A stretch of 26,638 nt of DNA from an uncultured Pseudomonadales bacterium (lineage in GTDB: Bacteria; Pseudomonadota; Gammaproteobacteria; Pseudomonadales; Azotimanducaceae). A model generated the notes under the pieces. That model saw only the letters and a program-made list of their open reading frames with translations. It did not search any database and was not told the origin of the DNA. The number at the start of each line of letters is the position of its first letter. The stretch's first letter is position 1. This document shows positions 8,488-16,707 of this stretch, piece by piece. Position numbers and translations under genes: made by a program. Where the stretch lies: contig CAZVMA010000002.1 in assembly GCA_964628545.1 (NCBI GenBank), forward strand, positions 729-27,366. The letters are read 5' to 3'.

Positions 8488-9705
8488 TCAGCGCGGCGTG
8501 GGTGACCCCAAACCGCCCGCAAACTCCGCCGGCGCTTCCAGCCCCAGCAGAATACCGCCCAGATCCTGGTACAGCGGATGCGCAACCCAGCGGTGCGTGG
8601 CGCAGCCGTGCGCATCGCGCAGCTTGCGCTCAAGCGGCGAGTACATGCGCATACCAGTGACTCCTGCCGTGTTGTGCAGGGTGTCGACGATCTTCATGCA
8701 CTCGTTGCTGGCGTGCACGCAGGCCAGGCGCGCTGCCTGGGTGGTCGCGGCACCGGGCAGCTCGGCGCCGGCGGCCAGCTCTTCCTCAACGTCGTGCATG
8801 GCATCCATGACATAGGAACGCATCGCGCGATACTGCGCCGTGCATTCGCCCATACGGTATTGGGCGATGGGCCGATGACGCAGCGTCGCGCTGGACAGCA
8901 TGGGCACCTTGTTTTCCGCCAAATCGGTGAAGGCCTCCAGCGCCCCCCGCGCAACGCCCAGCGCCACCGCGACCTTGTTGTACGCAAGCCGCAGGGGCAC
9001 CGGCATGCGAAACACCGGGTTCTCGTGACGCGCAGGAATGGTCATCAGATCGACGTCGACGAACTTTTCCGGTACGTACGCGCCTTCAGCCCGGACGTCG
9101 TTGCTGCCGGAGCCACGCAGGCCGGCGACGTCCCAGGTATCTACGATTTCCCACTGGTCGCGCGGCATGAGCCACATCTTGTAGATGGGCAGGCCGTTAG
9201 CGCCGATCTCGGGCTGGCCGTCCTTGAACAGAGGCGCACCCATGAAGCAGTAGCGGGCGTTGTAGCAGCCGCTAATGAACGTAGTCTGGCCCCAGACCTT
9301 CACGCCGCCATCTTTCTGCCGTTCGGCGCGCGTTGGCTGGCTGCCGGGGCCGCCGCCGCCGCACATGATGACGCGGGGGTCGTCGATGTAGATCTCGCGC
9401 GCCAGCTTCGGGTCCATACCACCTGCGGCCATCGCGTTGATTTCCGAGCCGAGCATCACGTTCCAGGCCACGGAGGCATCGACGGATGCCAAAGCCTCCA
9501 GTACCGCGATGGTCTGCGTGGAGGTCGCATCCTCACCGCCCAGAGCCTTCGGCAGCGCGAACCGGAAAAAACCTTCGTCGACGAGCCGACTTACCAGATC
9601 GTCGGGCAGACGCCGGATCTGCTGCGCAGTCTCTGCGCCCGCCTCGATTTCGCCCCGCATAGTCTGCACACGCTGCAGACGCTCTTTGAACAATGTGTCT
9701 TCCAT
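8488..9705 (-). CDS. Acyl-CoA dehydrogenase-fold flavin-dependent monooxygenase (HsaA/group D-like)
   Basis: RRLPDD, LPKALGG, ASVAW, FISGC, DTWDVAGLRGSGSNDV, SPLERKLRDAH...H; ATG 9705 overlaps the upstream TAA (TAATG). Confidence 0.9.
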   Translation of the reverse strand: MEDTLFKERLQRVQTMRGEIEAGAETAQQIRRLPDDLVSRLVDEGFFRFALPKALGGEDATSTQTIAVLEALASVDASVAWNVMLGSEINAMAAGGMDPKLAREIYIDDPRVIMCGGGGPGSQPTRAERQKDGGVKVWGQTTFISGCYNARYCFMGAPLFKDGQPEIGANGLPIYKMWLMPRDQWEIVDTWDVAGLRGSGSNDVRAEGAYVPEKFVDVDLMTIPARHENPVFRMPVPLRLAYNKVAVALGVARGALEAFTDLAENKVPMLSSATLRHRPIAQYRMGECTAQYRAMRSYVMDAMHDVEEELAAGAELPGAATTQAARLACVHASNECMKIVDTLHNTAGVTGMRMYSPLERKLRDAHGCATHRWVAHPLYQDLGGILLGLEAPAEFAGGLGSPTPR

Positions 9706-11114
9706 TACTTCACCGAACACCAGTTGCCATGAAAACCAAAGGGAACGCGGTGGTCGAGGTAGGCTTTGGCCAATGGGCCTGCGGCCACCTGCTCCGCGTC
9801 TAGAATGACCAGATGACTGGCCTTGCGTCCATCATCGTAAACGTTCGCAAGCAGAAAACCCTTGCCTTCCGGCGCGTCCGGCGCGGCGGGCACGAAGATA
9901 GGCTCGTTGGTCGCGCAGCCAACGCCAACGTCATAGAGATCGAGACGTCCGGTCTGATGATCGACGCGACCGATGGTATTGAACCCACCGACCTTGAACT
10001 GCGGGTTCGTGTCGCCCGCGAAGTAGCCGTAACGGTAGTTCAGACCCGTGCGCCGCTCGTCCAAGCGCGGGAATTCGCACGCGATGTCGTGCAGCCGCTC
10101 GGACCGAAAGCTGTCGCTGTTGCCGGCCAGATCGAATGTCCAACGGGTCAGGCGCGGCACGGCCTTGGCGGGATCGCCCGGAGTGCCGTCGGCCCAGGGA
10201 AACAGAGGCGCCTGCTCGAATTCGCAGACATCGCAAATGACCCGCGTGCCGTCCGTATGGGCGTTCATCGGGTGAAACACGAATGACGGCTCACCGCGGA
10301 ACCAGCGCAGTTCGCGCACCGACCCGCTGCGCGGCATGATGCCGATGTGCACACCCTTGTCCGGCTCCCACGCGTAGACCGGCCCACCGCGCATGGCGCG
10401 CTCGATCGAGCCGGTGAGCGGCATGATCGGGAAGATCACGTGCTCGCGGGTGATCATGAAGTCGTGGACCATGGCCGCATACGGCGCCTCGAACGTTTCC
10501 GACCGAACCAACCGACCGGCGGCGTCCACCACGTGGAACGACATCGCGGCGGAGATACCGCCATCTGCGTTGTAGCCGAAGAACAGCATTTCGCCGGTCT
10601 CCGGATCGATTTTCGGGTGCGCGGTCATCGGGCCTTTCAGGGCGCCGCCGAAGGTCCAGGGCCCGATCGAGTCGAGGCTCTTCGGATCGAGCTCGAAGGG
10701 GGCGTGACCCTCCTCGAGGGCCAGCAGACGGTTGGCGTGCCAGACCACGTTGGTGTTGGCCAGGCCGTCGGTCTCCATGCCCATCACGCTGGGGTCGGAG
10801 TCCATGGGGTTGAAGGCCGAAAACAGGGCGCGCCCCGCCTCGTGTTCTTTCTGCCACTTCACCGTGCGCACCCAGCGGTTGCGATAGCTGACCCGCCCAT
10901 CACGAATGTAGAACCCGTGCAGCATGCCGTCGCCGCCGAACCAGTGGTAATCGCCGCGCGGAGCAAACTGCGGATTCGGGCCGTTGCGGAAGAAGATGCC
11001 GTTCAATGACGCCGGCACCTCGCCTTCAATCACCAGATCGGGCGCGTCACACTCCATGCCGAGCGGTGCAAACCCGCCGACCAGATTCGGATGCTTGGGA
11101 AAAACGCTCGCCAT
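9705..11114 (-). CDS. Carotenoid cleavage oxygenase (RPE65/LSD) family protein
   Basis: RNGPNP, HWFGGDGM; four Fe-binding His (TAHPK, MVHDF, VFHPMNA, GFHGNW); EFPR, EPIFVP; GGGAGG RBS. Confidence 0.95.
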   Translation of the reverse strand: MASVFPKHPNLVGGFAPLGMECDAPDLVIEGEVPASLNGIFFRNGPNPQFAPRGDYHWFGGDGMLHGFYIRDGRVSYRNRWVRTVKWQKEHEAGRALFSAFNPMDSDPSVMGMETDGLANTNVVWHANRLLALEEGHAPFELDPKSLDSIGPWTFGGALKGPMTAHPKIDPETGEMLFFGYNADGGISAAMSFHVVDAAGRLVRSETFEAPYAAMVHDFMITREHVIFPIMPLTGSIERAMRGGPVYAWEPDKGVHIGIMPRSGSVRELRWFRGEPSFVFHPMNAHTDGTRVICDVCEFEQAPLFPWADGTPGDPAKAVPRLTRWTFDLAGNSDSFRSERLHDIACEFPRLDERRTGLNYRYGYFAGDTNPQFKVGGFNTIGRVDHQTGRLDLYDVGVGCATNEPIFVPAAPDAPEGKGFLLANVYDDGRKASHLVILDAEQVAAGPLAKAYLDHRVPFGFHGNWCSVK

Positions 11115-11151
11115 GTCGATATCCTCCCACTCCCTCTTCGCCCAGCATTCA

Positions 11152-11197
11152 AGTGTGCTTGTGAGCGCGCTTTAGACCACTAGCGATTTCGCGAGTT
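11152..11197 (-). promoter_or_regulatory. lux-box-like dyad (11178-11197) plus candidate -10 (11152-11157) for the CCO operon
   Basis: AACTCGCGAAATCGCTAGTG fits NNCT-N12-AGNN with 14/20 dyad-symmetric positions; centring it at -42.5 puts CACACT at -12..-7. Confidence 0.55.
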
Positions 11198-11986
11198 CTC
11201 CAGCTGCTTGCGGCGATCGTCATACGGCTGGATCAGACCCAGCTGCGCCGCGATGGCGACAGCCTGCGTGCGATTCCGTGCGCCCAGCTTGCTGATGGCG
11301 TTATCAATGTGGAATCGGGCCGTCGCGGGCGAGCGATGAATGATCGCGCCGATCTCGATGTCCGTTCGACCCAGCCCGGCCCAGGAAAGACACTCGACCT
11401 CGCGCTCGTTCAGCGGCGCGACGCCCTGCATCGGCGCGGCCGGGTCGGAGCGCCGAGCGTAGACCAAGTCCATGAACCGATAGGCGGCCAAGCGCAGCTG
11501 GTCTTCGTGCTGATCAAGCGCGCGCGCCAGATCGACATCCGGCGACCGAGCCATCCAGCCTACCGAACCAGTGCGCGCATGCGGCAGATGCACGGGCACA
11601 GTGATGCCGCCGTGGATGCCGAATTCGGGCGTGAGCCGCCACGTGATCGTCTGGCGCGGGCGGCCGGCCTGAAGCGTTCGCGCTACTGCATCTGCCTGCC
11701 ATACAAACGGGCGGGTCGTGGCTCGACAGACCGCGCCGATCGGCGAAACCAAATACAGCTTTTCCTCTAGCCAGATGCGGGGAAACACCTCTTCCCAGCC
11801 GAGTACGGCGGCCAGCGCCGTGCCATCCTCCGCCGTGAGCAGGCGATCGGCCGCATAGTCGTCGACCACCGCCGGCGCAATGGCGCCAATGGCGGCGCCG
11901 ATGTCCTTAAGACAGCGGGCCGCAGCCGTCAGGTCGCTCGCGGCGGCCAGACCGGCTACCGCGCGCGCCACACGCTCGTCTGTCAT
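11180..11986 (-). CDS. LuxR-solo transcriptional regulator (autoinducer-binding-type domain + LuxR HTH)
   Basis: RPFVW and GGITVPVH in the ligand domain; LNEREVECLSWAGLGRTDIEIGAII...TARFHIDNAISKLGARNRTQAVA HTH; no luxI in the window; alternative GTG start at 12016. Confidence 0.92.
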   Translation of the reverse strand: MTDERVARAVAGLAAASDLTAAARCLKDIGAAIGAIAPAVVDDYAADRLLTAEDGTALAAVLGWEEVFPRIWLEEKLYLVSPIGAVCRATTRPFVWQADAVARTLQAGRPRQTITWRLTPEFGIHGGITVPVHLPHARTGSVGWMARSPDVDLARALDQHEDQLRLAAYRFMDLVYARRSDPAAPMQGVAPLNEREVECLSWAGLGRTDIEIGAIIHRSPATARFHIDNAISKLGARNRTQAVAIAAQLGLIQPYDDRRKQLENSRNR

Positions 11987-12095
11987 GATGTTCCGGCTGT
12001 CGCCACCAAGAGTCACAAGCGGCCAAGCATACCAGAGCGCGAACGGCGCACCGGGTGCGGTTTTGCCGACCCGGTTACACCGCCGTTATTGCTTA

Positions 12096-12140
12096 TGAGG
12101 CGTAACCAGGGCCATTGAGGCGCGACCAGGTGAGGCGTAT
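12096..12140 (+). repeat. Three TGAGGCG-initiated direct repeats in the luxR/hotdog divergent region
   Basis: TGAGGCGTAACCAGG (12096), TGAGGCGCGACCAGG (12116), TGAGGCGTAT (12131). Confidence 0.6.
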
Positions 12141-12246
12141 GGAGACATTGCGACGCAGGAACGCCAGCAGCTAGCATGGAATCACCGCCCGCGACCAAAA
12201 CCGCCGGCCCCGAACCCTTGGTCCAACACCAGCGAGAGGCCGAATC

Positions 12247-12699
12247 GTGACTGAGCCGAGCTTGCCCGACATTGCCACCATCCGGGCCTTGACCGGACAC
12301 CGTTTCCCCGGCGGCACCTACACCATCGCCCACTGGGAGAATTTTCTGCTCACCGCCTGCACTGGCGCCGAGCCGCTGCCGGACGACCTGGCCCACCCGG
12401 TCGCGTTGTTCCACGTTCCCATTCTGGGCGCCCGCACCAGCATCGCCGAGATGTTCGCGCTCGGCCAGGCAGAGTCGGATTTCTCAATCGGTATTGAAAG
12501 CTACGACTGGGAGCTCTTCCGCCCGCTACGCGAGGAATTGCCCTACGCCGTCTCCGGCTGCATCACCGCCGCCGATCGCATCTTCGAGGGCACGCGCGCC
12601 TTTGATCGCATTCAGTTCCAGTTCGACCTGCACGAAAGCGATGGCGCGCACGCGGCGCGCACCACCGTCACGTGGCGCTACCGCCGGAGCACATCATGA
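12247..12699 (+). CDS. Hotdog-fold protein (probable non-catalytic partner of a MaoC dehydratase)
   Basis: GHRFPGGTYTI, LAHP, WELFRPLR, DRIQFQFDL hotdog-like pattern; GAGAGG RBS; ATGA overlap with the next gene. Confidence 0.65.
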   Translation: MTEPSLPDIATIRALTGHRFPGGTYTIAHWENFLLTACTGAEPLPDDLAHPVALFHVPILGARTSIAEMFALGQAESDFSIGIESYDWELFRPLREELPYAVSGCITAADRIFEGTRAFDRIQFQFDLHESDGAHAARTTVTWRYRRSTS

Positions 12700-13118
12700 C
12701 CGTACGTGTTGGTGACACAATTCCACCTTGGCATATGCCAAGCGTGCTGGCCTCCCGCATGCAGACCATGGCGGCCATCCTGCGTGACCCGAACCCGGTG
12801 CACTGGGATCGACGCGTTGTTGCCCGGCTCGGCTACGGCGAACGCACGATCAATCAGGGGCCGCTCGGGCTCAGCTACATGGTGAACATGCTGCACGCGT
12901 GGCAGGGCCCAACCTGCGTGCGCCGGCTGTTCATGACCTTCCCCATGGCTGTTCTGGACGGCGACGACATCACGGCCATGGGCACGGTCACGGCGGTGCG
13001 CGAGGTTGACGGCGAAATGCTGGCCGACTGCGATATCTGGCTGCATCGCGCCAACGGCGACCGGCCGCTCAGCGGCCGTGCCACGGTGTTGCTCAGCCAG
13101 CCGAAGGCAGCGGGCTAA
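12696..13118 (+). CDS. MaoC-family (R)-specific enoyl-CoA hydratase/dehydratase
   Basis: VGDTIP, DPNPVHWD hydratase-2 motif, INQGPL, GDDITAMGTV. Confidence 0.88.
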   Translation: MTVRVGDTIPPWHMPSVLASRMQTMAAILRDPNPVHWDRRVVARLGYGERTINQGPLGLSYMVNMLHAWQGPTCVRRLFMTFPMAVLDGDDITAMGTVTAVREVDGEMLADCDIWLHRANGDRPLSGRATVLLSQPKAAG

Positions 13119-13567
13119 CCGGGCAGCTGCGGGGTTTCTGGATTGCGTATCTCGTAGAGCTCGATCACGTTGCCGAACGGATCGCGCCCATAGATCGCGG
13201 CCGAGCGGCCAAAATCGACCGGCGGCCCAACAAAAGTCATGCCGCCCGCCGAGAGCCTGGCGTGCTCTTCATCAATGCCCCGCACCTGCAGCGCGATGTG
13301 CGCATAGCCGTGGTCGCAGGGCCGCTGGGTGCGGTCCTCCGGCGCGGGATGGTGGTACTCCCAGATCTCCAGAAAGGCATTGGGCGCCTTCAGCATCGCC
13401 ATGCGCGCGTGCACCCGATCAAGCCCGATAGCGCGATCGGCCAGCGGCATGTTGCCCTCAAAGAGCGACCGCTGGACCACCTCAAAACCCAGTAGTTCGC
13501 CATAAAACTGCAGGGCGGCGTCGAGATCCGGAACGGAGATCGAGACATGATGCAAACCCACGATCAC
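13115..13567 (-). CDS. VOC/glyoxalase family protein
   Basis: LHHVSISVPDLDAALQFYGELLGF, LEIWEY, GYAHIAL, YGRDPFGNVIEL; GGGAGG RBS before GTG. Confidence 0.92.
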   Translation of the reverse strand: MIVGLHHVSISVPDLDAALQFYGELLGFEVVQRSLFEGNMPLADRAIGLDRVHARMAMLKAPNAFLEIWEYHHPAPEDRTQRPCDHGYAHIALQVRGIDEEHARLSAGGMTFVGPPVDFGRSAAIYGRDPFGNVIELYEIRNPETPQLPG

Positions 13568-13674
13568 GGTGAATCCTCCCCGTATTCAGCCCGTCGCGAA
13601 TGCGCATCAGTATGTCATCGGCATCTGCCCGTTGCGAGCGCGGCACGACGATCAAACAGACGCATGCGGGCAAG

Positions 13675-13688
13675 ATGCACGCGTGCAT
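13675..13688. promoter_or_regulatory. Perfect 14-bp palindrome ATGCACGCGTGCAT, candidate operator
   Basis: Lies in the VOC/Rieske 2 divergent intergenic region; same ATGCA-N4-TGCAT form as 6946-6959. Confidence 0.55.
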
Positions 13689-13804
13689 GACGGACGACCG
13701 CTGTCGCGAATGACCGCTTGCCGAAGGCGGCCCGGAATGAAAACATCAGCGCTGGCGAAGTCGGCAACGGGGGGTTGCGGGCCGCCAGCGACCGGAGGTT
13801 CAGC

Positions 13805-15211
13805 ATGCCGACCCTGTCCGACACCCACGTCGACGCGAGCCCAGTCAGCGCCCCGGGCCAGCATCGGCCAGGCGACGCGCGCTGCCCCGGGCCCAGCACA
13901 CGCGATATCATCGCGCGCGACCGGGTTACCGCGCCGCCTGCGCTGCTCGAGGAGCACTACACGTTCATCGGCGACAGCGACCTACCGTTCTCGCGGTACA
14001 CCGATCCGTCATTTCACGACGCCGAGCTGAACACCGTCTGGAGCCGCACCTGGCAGTGGGCCTGTCGCGAAGAGCACGTTCCCAACCCGGGTGATTTCCA
14101 CGTCTATGACGTGGGGCATCAGTCCGCGTTGATCGTGCGTGATCGGGCAAACGTGCTGCACGCCTACGTCAACTCCTGCCCGCACCGGGGCATGCAGCTG
14201 GCGCCGGCCGGCACCAGCGGCCACGGCAAGCAATTCCTGCGCTGCCCGTTTCACGGCATGTCCTGGCATCTCGACGGCACGCTGCGTGACATTCCCTGTC
14301 GCTGGGATTTTCCTCATATCGACGACGCATCGTTCGGGCTGATGGAGCTGCCGATCGGAGTCTGGGGCGGCTTTGTGTTCATCAACTTTGATCGCGATGC
14401 CGCGCCGCTGTCCGAATACCTTGGCATCCTGCCCGAGCACTTCGCGCAGTTCGCGTGGCCGCTGGAAGACCGCTATGTGGCGCTGCACATGCAGAAACTG
14501 TTGCCCGGCAACTGGAAGATGTGCCTCGAGGGGTTTCTCGAGGCCTACCACGTGCTGGCCACCCACCCGGAAGGGTTGCGCACCGCCGGCGACGCCAACG
14601 CCCAGTACGACTTCTGGGGCGCGAACGTCTCGCGCTTCATTCACACCATTGGCTACCCAAGCCCGCATCTGCCGACGCAGCTTTCTGAGGCTGAACTGTT
14701 CCGCGCGCTCGGTCACGGCGATACGCCGCTGCCGCCGGGCGAGGGCGCCCGCGAGGCGCACGCGCGCCTCATGCGAGAACGGCTGGGGCCCGTGCTCGGG
14801 GTCGACCTCGGTTCGGTCAGCACCAGCCAGCTGCTCGATTCAATCGAGTACTTCCTGTTCCCGAATGCCTTCTTCTTCCCCGGCATCGGCATTCCGCTGA
14901 TCTACCGGTTCCGGCCCGTTGACGTTGATCACTGCATTCACGAGGTGCTGATGCTGCAGCCGGTACCCAGCGACCGGCCGCGCCCACCGCCGGCCGAGGT
15001 CGTGAAGCTTGGCCTGCACGACAGCTATACCTCGGTACCAGATTTTGTCGCCACCGGCCTCGCCTACGTGCTGGACCAGGACACCGAGAACTTCTTCCAG
15101 CAGCGCGCGGGCATGAAGGCGGCGCACAAGCGCGGCCAGACGCTCGGCAACTATCAGGAAGCCCGCATCCGGCATCTGCACCAGACCATCGACACCTATC
15201 TGGCCGGCTGA
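13805..15211 (+). CDS. Rieske non-heme iron oxygenase alpha subunit (2)
   Basis: CPHRG...CPFH; NWKMCLEGFLEAYHVLATH; YFLFPN; DQD; GGAGG RBS before ATG 13805. Confidence 0.95.
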   Translation: MPTLSDTHVDASPVSAPGQHRPGDARCPGPSTRDIIARDRVTAPPALLEEHYTFIGDSDLPFSRYTDPSFHDAELNTVWSRTWQWACREEHVPNPGDFHVYDVGHQSALIVRDRANVLHAYVNSCPHRGMQLAPAGTSGHGKQFLRCPFHGMSWHLDGTLRDIPCRWDFPHIDDASFGLMELPIGVWGGFVFINFDRDAAPLSEYLGILPEHFAQFAWPLEDRYVALHMQKLLPGNWKMCLEGFLEAYHVLATHPEGLRTAGDANAQYDFWGANVSRFIHTIGYPSPHLPTQLSEAELFRALGHGDTPLPPGEGAREAHARLMRERLGPVLGVDLGSVSTSQLLDSIEYFLFPNAFFFPGIGIPLIYRFRPVDVDHCIHEVLMLQPVPSDRPRPPPAEVVKLGLHDSYTSVPDFVATGLAYVLDQDTENFFQQRAGMKAAHKRGQTLGNYQEARIRHLHQTIDTYLAG

Positions 15212-15216
15212 ACCCG

Positions 15217-15275
15217 CTGATCCCGCCAAACGGATCCACGAGCCTGATTCGCAAGACTGATTCGCAAGACTGATT
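15217..15275 (+). repeat. About 13-bp tandem repeat between Rieske 2 and P450
   Basis: CTGATTCGCAAGA x2 plus CTGATT (15244-15275), preceded by degenerate CTGATCCCGCCAAA and CGGATCCACGAGC. Confidence 0.8.
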
Positions 15276-15296
15276 GGCATGAAAAGGAACCCGACG

Positions 15297-16616
15297 ATGG
15301 ACAAGACCCCGAATCACCAACTGAGCCCCATGCGTTGCCCGGTCTCTCTGGCCGACGTCGACCTGTTTGGTCCGGGCGCACAGGAGCACTGGTACGAGGC
15401 CTACCCCATCCTGCACCGGGAGGCGCCCGTCGTGCACTTGCCCGGCGAGGGTCTGATGCCAGGCACCGATGGCTACATCCTGACCAAGTACGAAGACATC
15501 AGCGTGGTGGTGAAAGACCCGGTGCGGTTTCCGCCCACGCTGACGCTGGCGGTGGGTCAGCTGCTCGAATCCGGCGTGCCGCCGGAGACCGCGCCCCGCA
15601 CCAACGCCATGATCGCCTCTATGGCCACCCTGCGTCCGAACAACGAGCTGTACCGCGCGCATCGGCAGGAGCTGACCGACCCCTGGGTAGGCCCAGGATC
15701 AACTCGTCATACGGCCATGATCACGCGCTTCGTCGATCAGCTGATTGACGGCTTCATCGATCGCGGCGAAGTCGAGTTCATCGGCGAGTTCGCGCGCCCG
15801 CTGCCCCAGTACGTGATGGCGAGCGTGCTCGGCTTTCCGCTCGCCGACATTCCGCAGCTGGCCGAGTGGGGCACCGCGCAGGTCACCGCCTTCGTACATG
15901 GCCGGGGACACCGCAACCAGCTGACCGACGACGAGCTGACCGAGCAGTTCCAGAAGCTCGACGGCTTCAAGGAATACGTGCAGCAGACGGTAGAGCGGAA
16001 ACGACGACAGCCCGAAGACGACATGATCAGCTGGCTATGCCAGGTCGAGTACGGCGCACTGGGCCGCAAGCTGACCGACATGGAGGTGAACGGAGTCGTC
16101 TACGCCATGGTGATCGGCGGACTGGAGACCACCCAATACGCGCTCGAGGAACAGGCGCAGCTGCTGTGCGAGAACCCCCAATACTTCGCCGCACTGAAGG
16201 CCGACCGCGAGCTGGTGCGGTCATTCACCGAAGAGTGCATGCGCCTGCGCTCGCCGACGCAGGGGCTCTCTACGCGCATCACCAGCCAGGATGAGGTGTT
16301 CCAGGGCGTGACGGTGCCCAAGGGCTCGCTGCTGCACCTGCGCTTCGGGGCAGGCAACGTCGACCCGGACGAGTGGGAATGCCCCTACGAGATGCGGCTC
16401 GACCGCAAGGCCGTGACGCGTCATCTCGCGTTTTCCGCCGGCCCGCGCGTATGTCCGGGCGCGGGCATCTCGCGCCTTGAGCAGACCATTGCCTGGCAAC
16501 GCCTGCTCGAGCGTCTGGATGCAATCGAATACGCGCCCGGCAACACGCTGGAGCATCAACCCGGCATCATGCTGGGCACCCTGAAGCTGAACCTGCGGTT
16601 CACCCGGGCGGCCTGA
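15297..16616 (+). CDS. Cytochrome P450
   Basis: I-helix GGLETT, EECMR (ExxR), HLAFSAGPRVCPG heme Cys; AAGGA RBS before ATG 15297 (alternative 15279). Confidence 0.96.
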   Translation: MDKTPNHQLSPMRCPVSLADVDLFGPGAQEHWYEAYPILHREAPVVHLPGEGLMPGTDGYILTKYEDISVVVKDPVRFPPTLTLAVGQLLESGVPPETAPRTNAMIASMATLRPNNELYRAHRQELTDPWVGPGSTRHTAMITRFVDQLIDGFIDRGEVEFIGEFARPLPQYVMASVLGFPLADIPQLAEWGTAQVTAFVHGRGHRNQLTDDELTEQFQKLDGFKEYVQQTVERKRRQPEDDMISWLCQVEYGALGRKLTDMEVNGVVYAMVIGGLETTQYALEEQAQLLCENPQYFAALKADRELVRSFTEECMRLRSPTQGLSTRITSQDEVFQGVTVPKGSLLHLRFGAGNVDPDEWECPYEMRLDRKAVTRHLAFSAGPRVCPGAGISRLEQTIAWQRLLERLDAIEYAPGNTLEHQPGIMLGTLKLNLRFTRAA

Positions 16617-16639
16617 ATCGGCAGGGTCTACTGCGCGTA

Positions 16640-16672
16640 TCTGGCGCCCCACGCTTGCGAGGGGGCGCCAGA
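16640..16672. terminator. Hairpin between the convergent P450 and SDR genes
   Basis: TCTGGCGCCCC...GGGGCGCCAGA, 11-bp perfect stem; no clear U-tract. Confidence 0.6.
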
Positions 16673-16707
16673 CGGTTACGCAGCGAAGCGCTGCCAGACC
16701 GGCGAGC

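Noticed and set aside
11180..11986. Canonical AHL quorum-sensing circuit
   Set aside because: No luxI in the window and key AHL-contact residues are substituted
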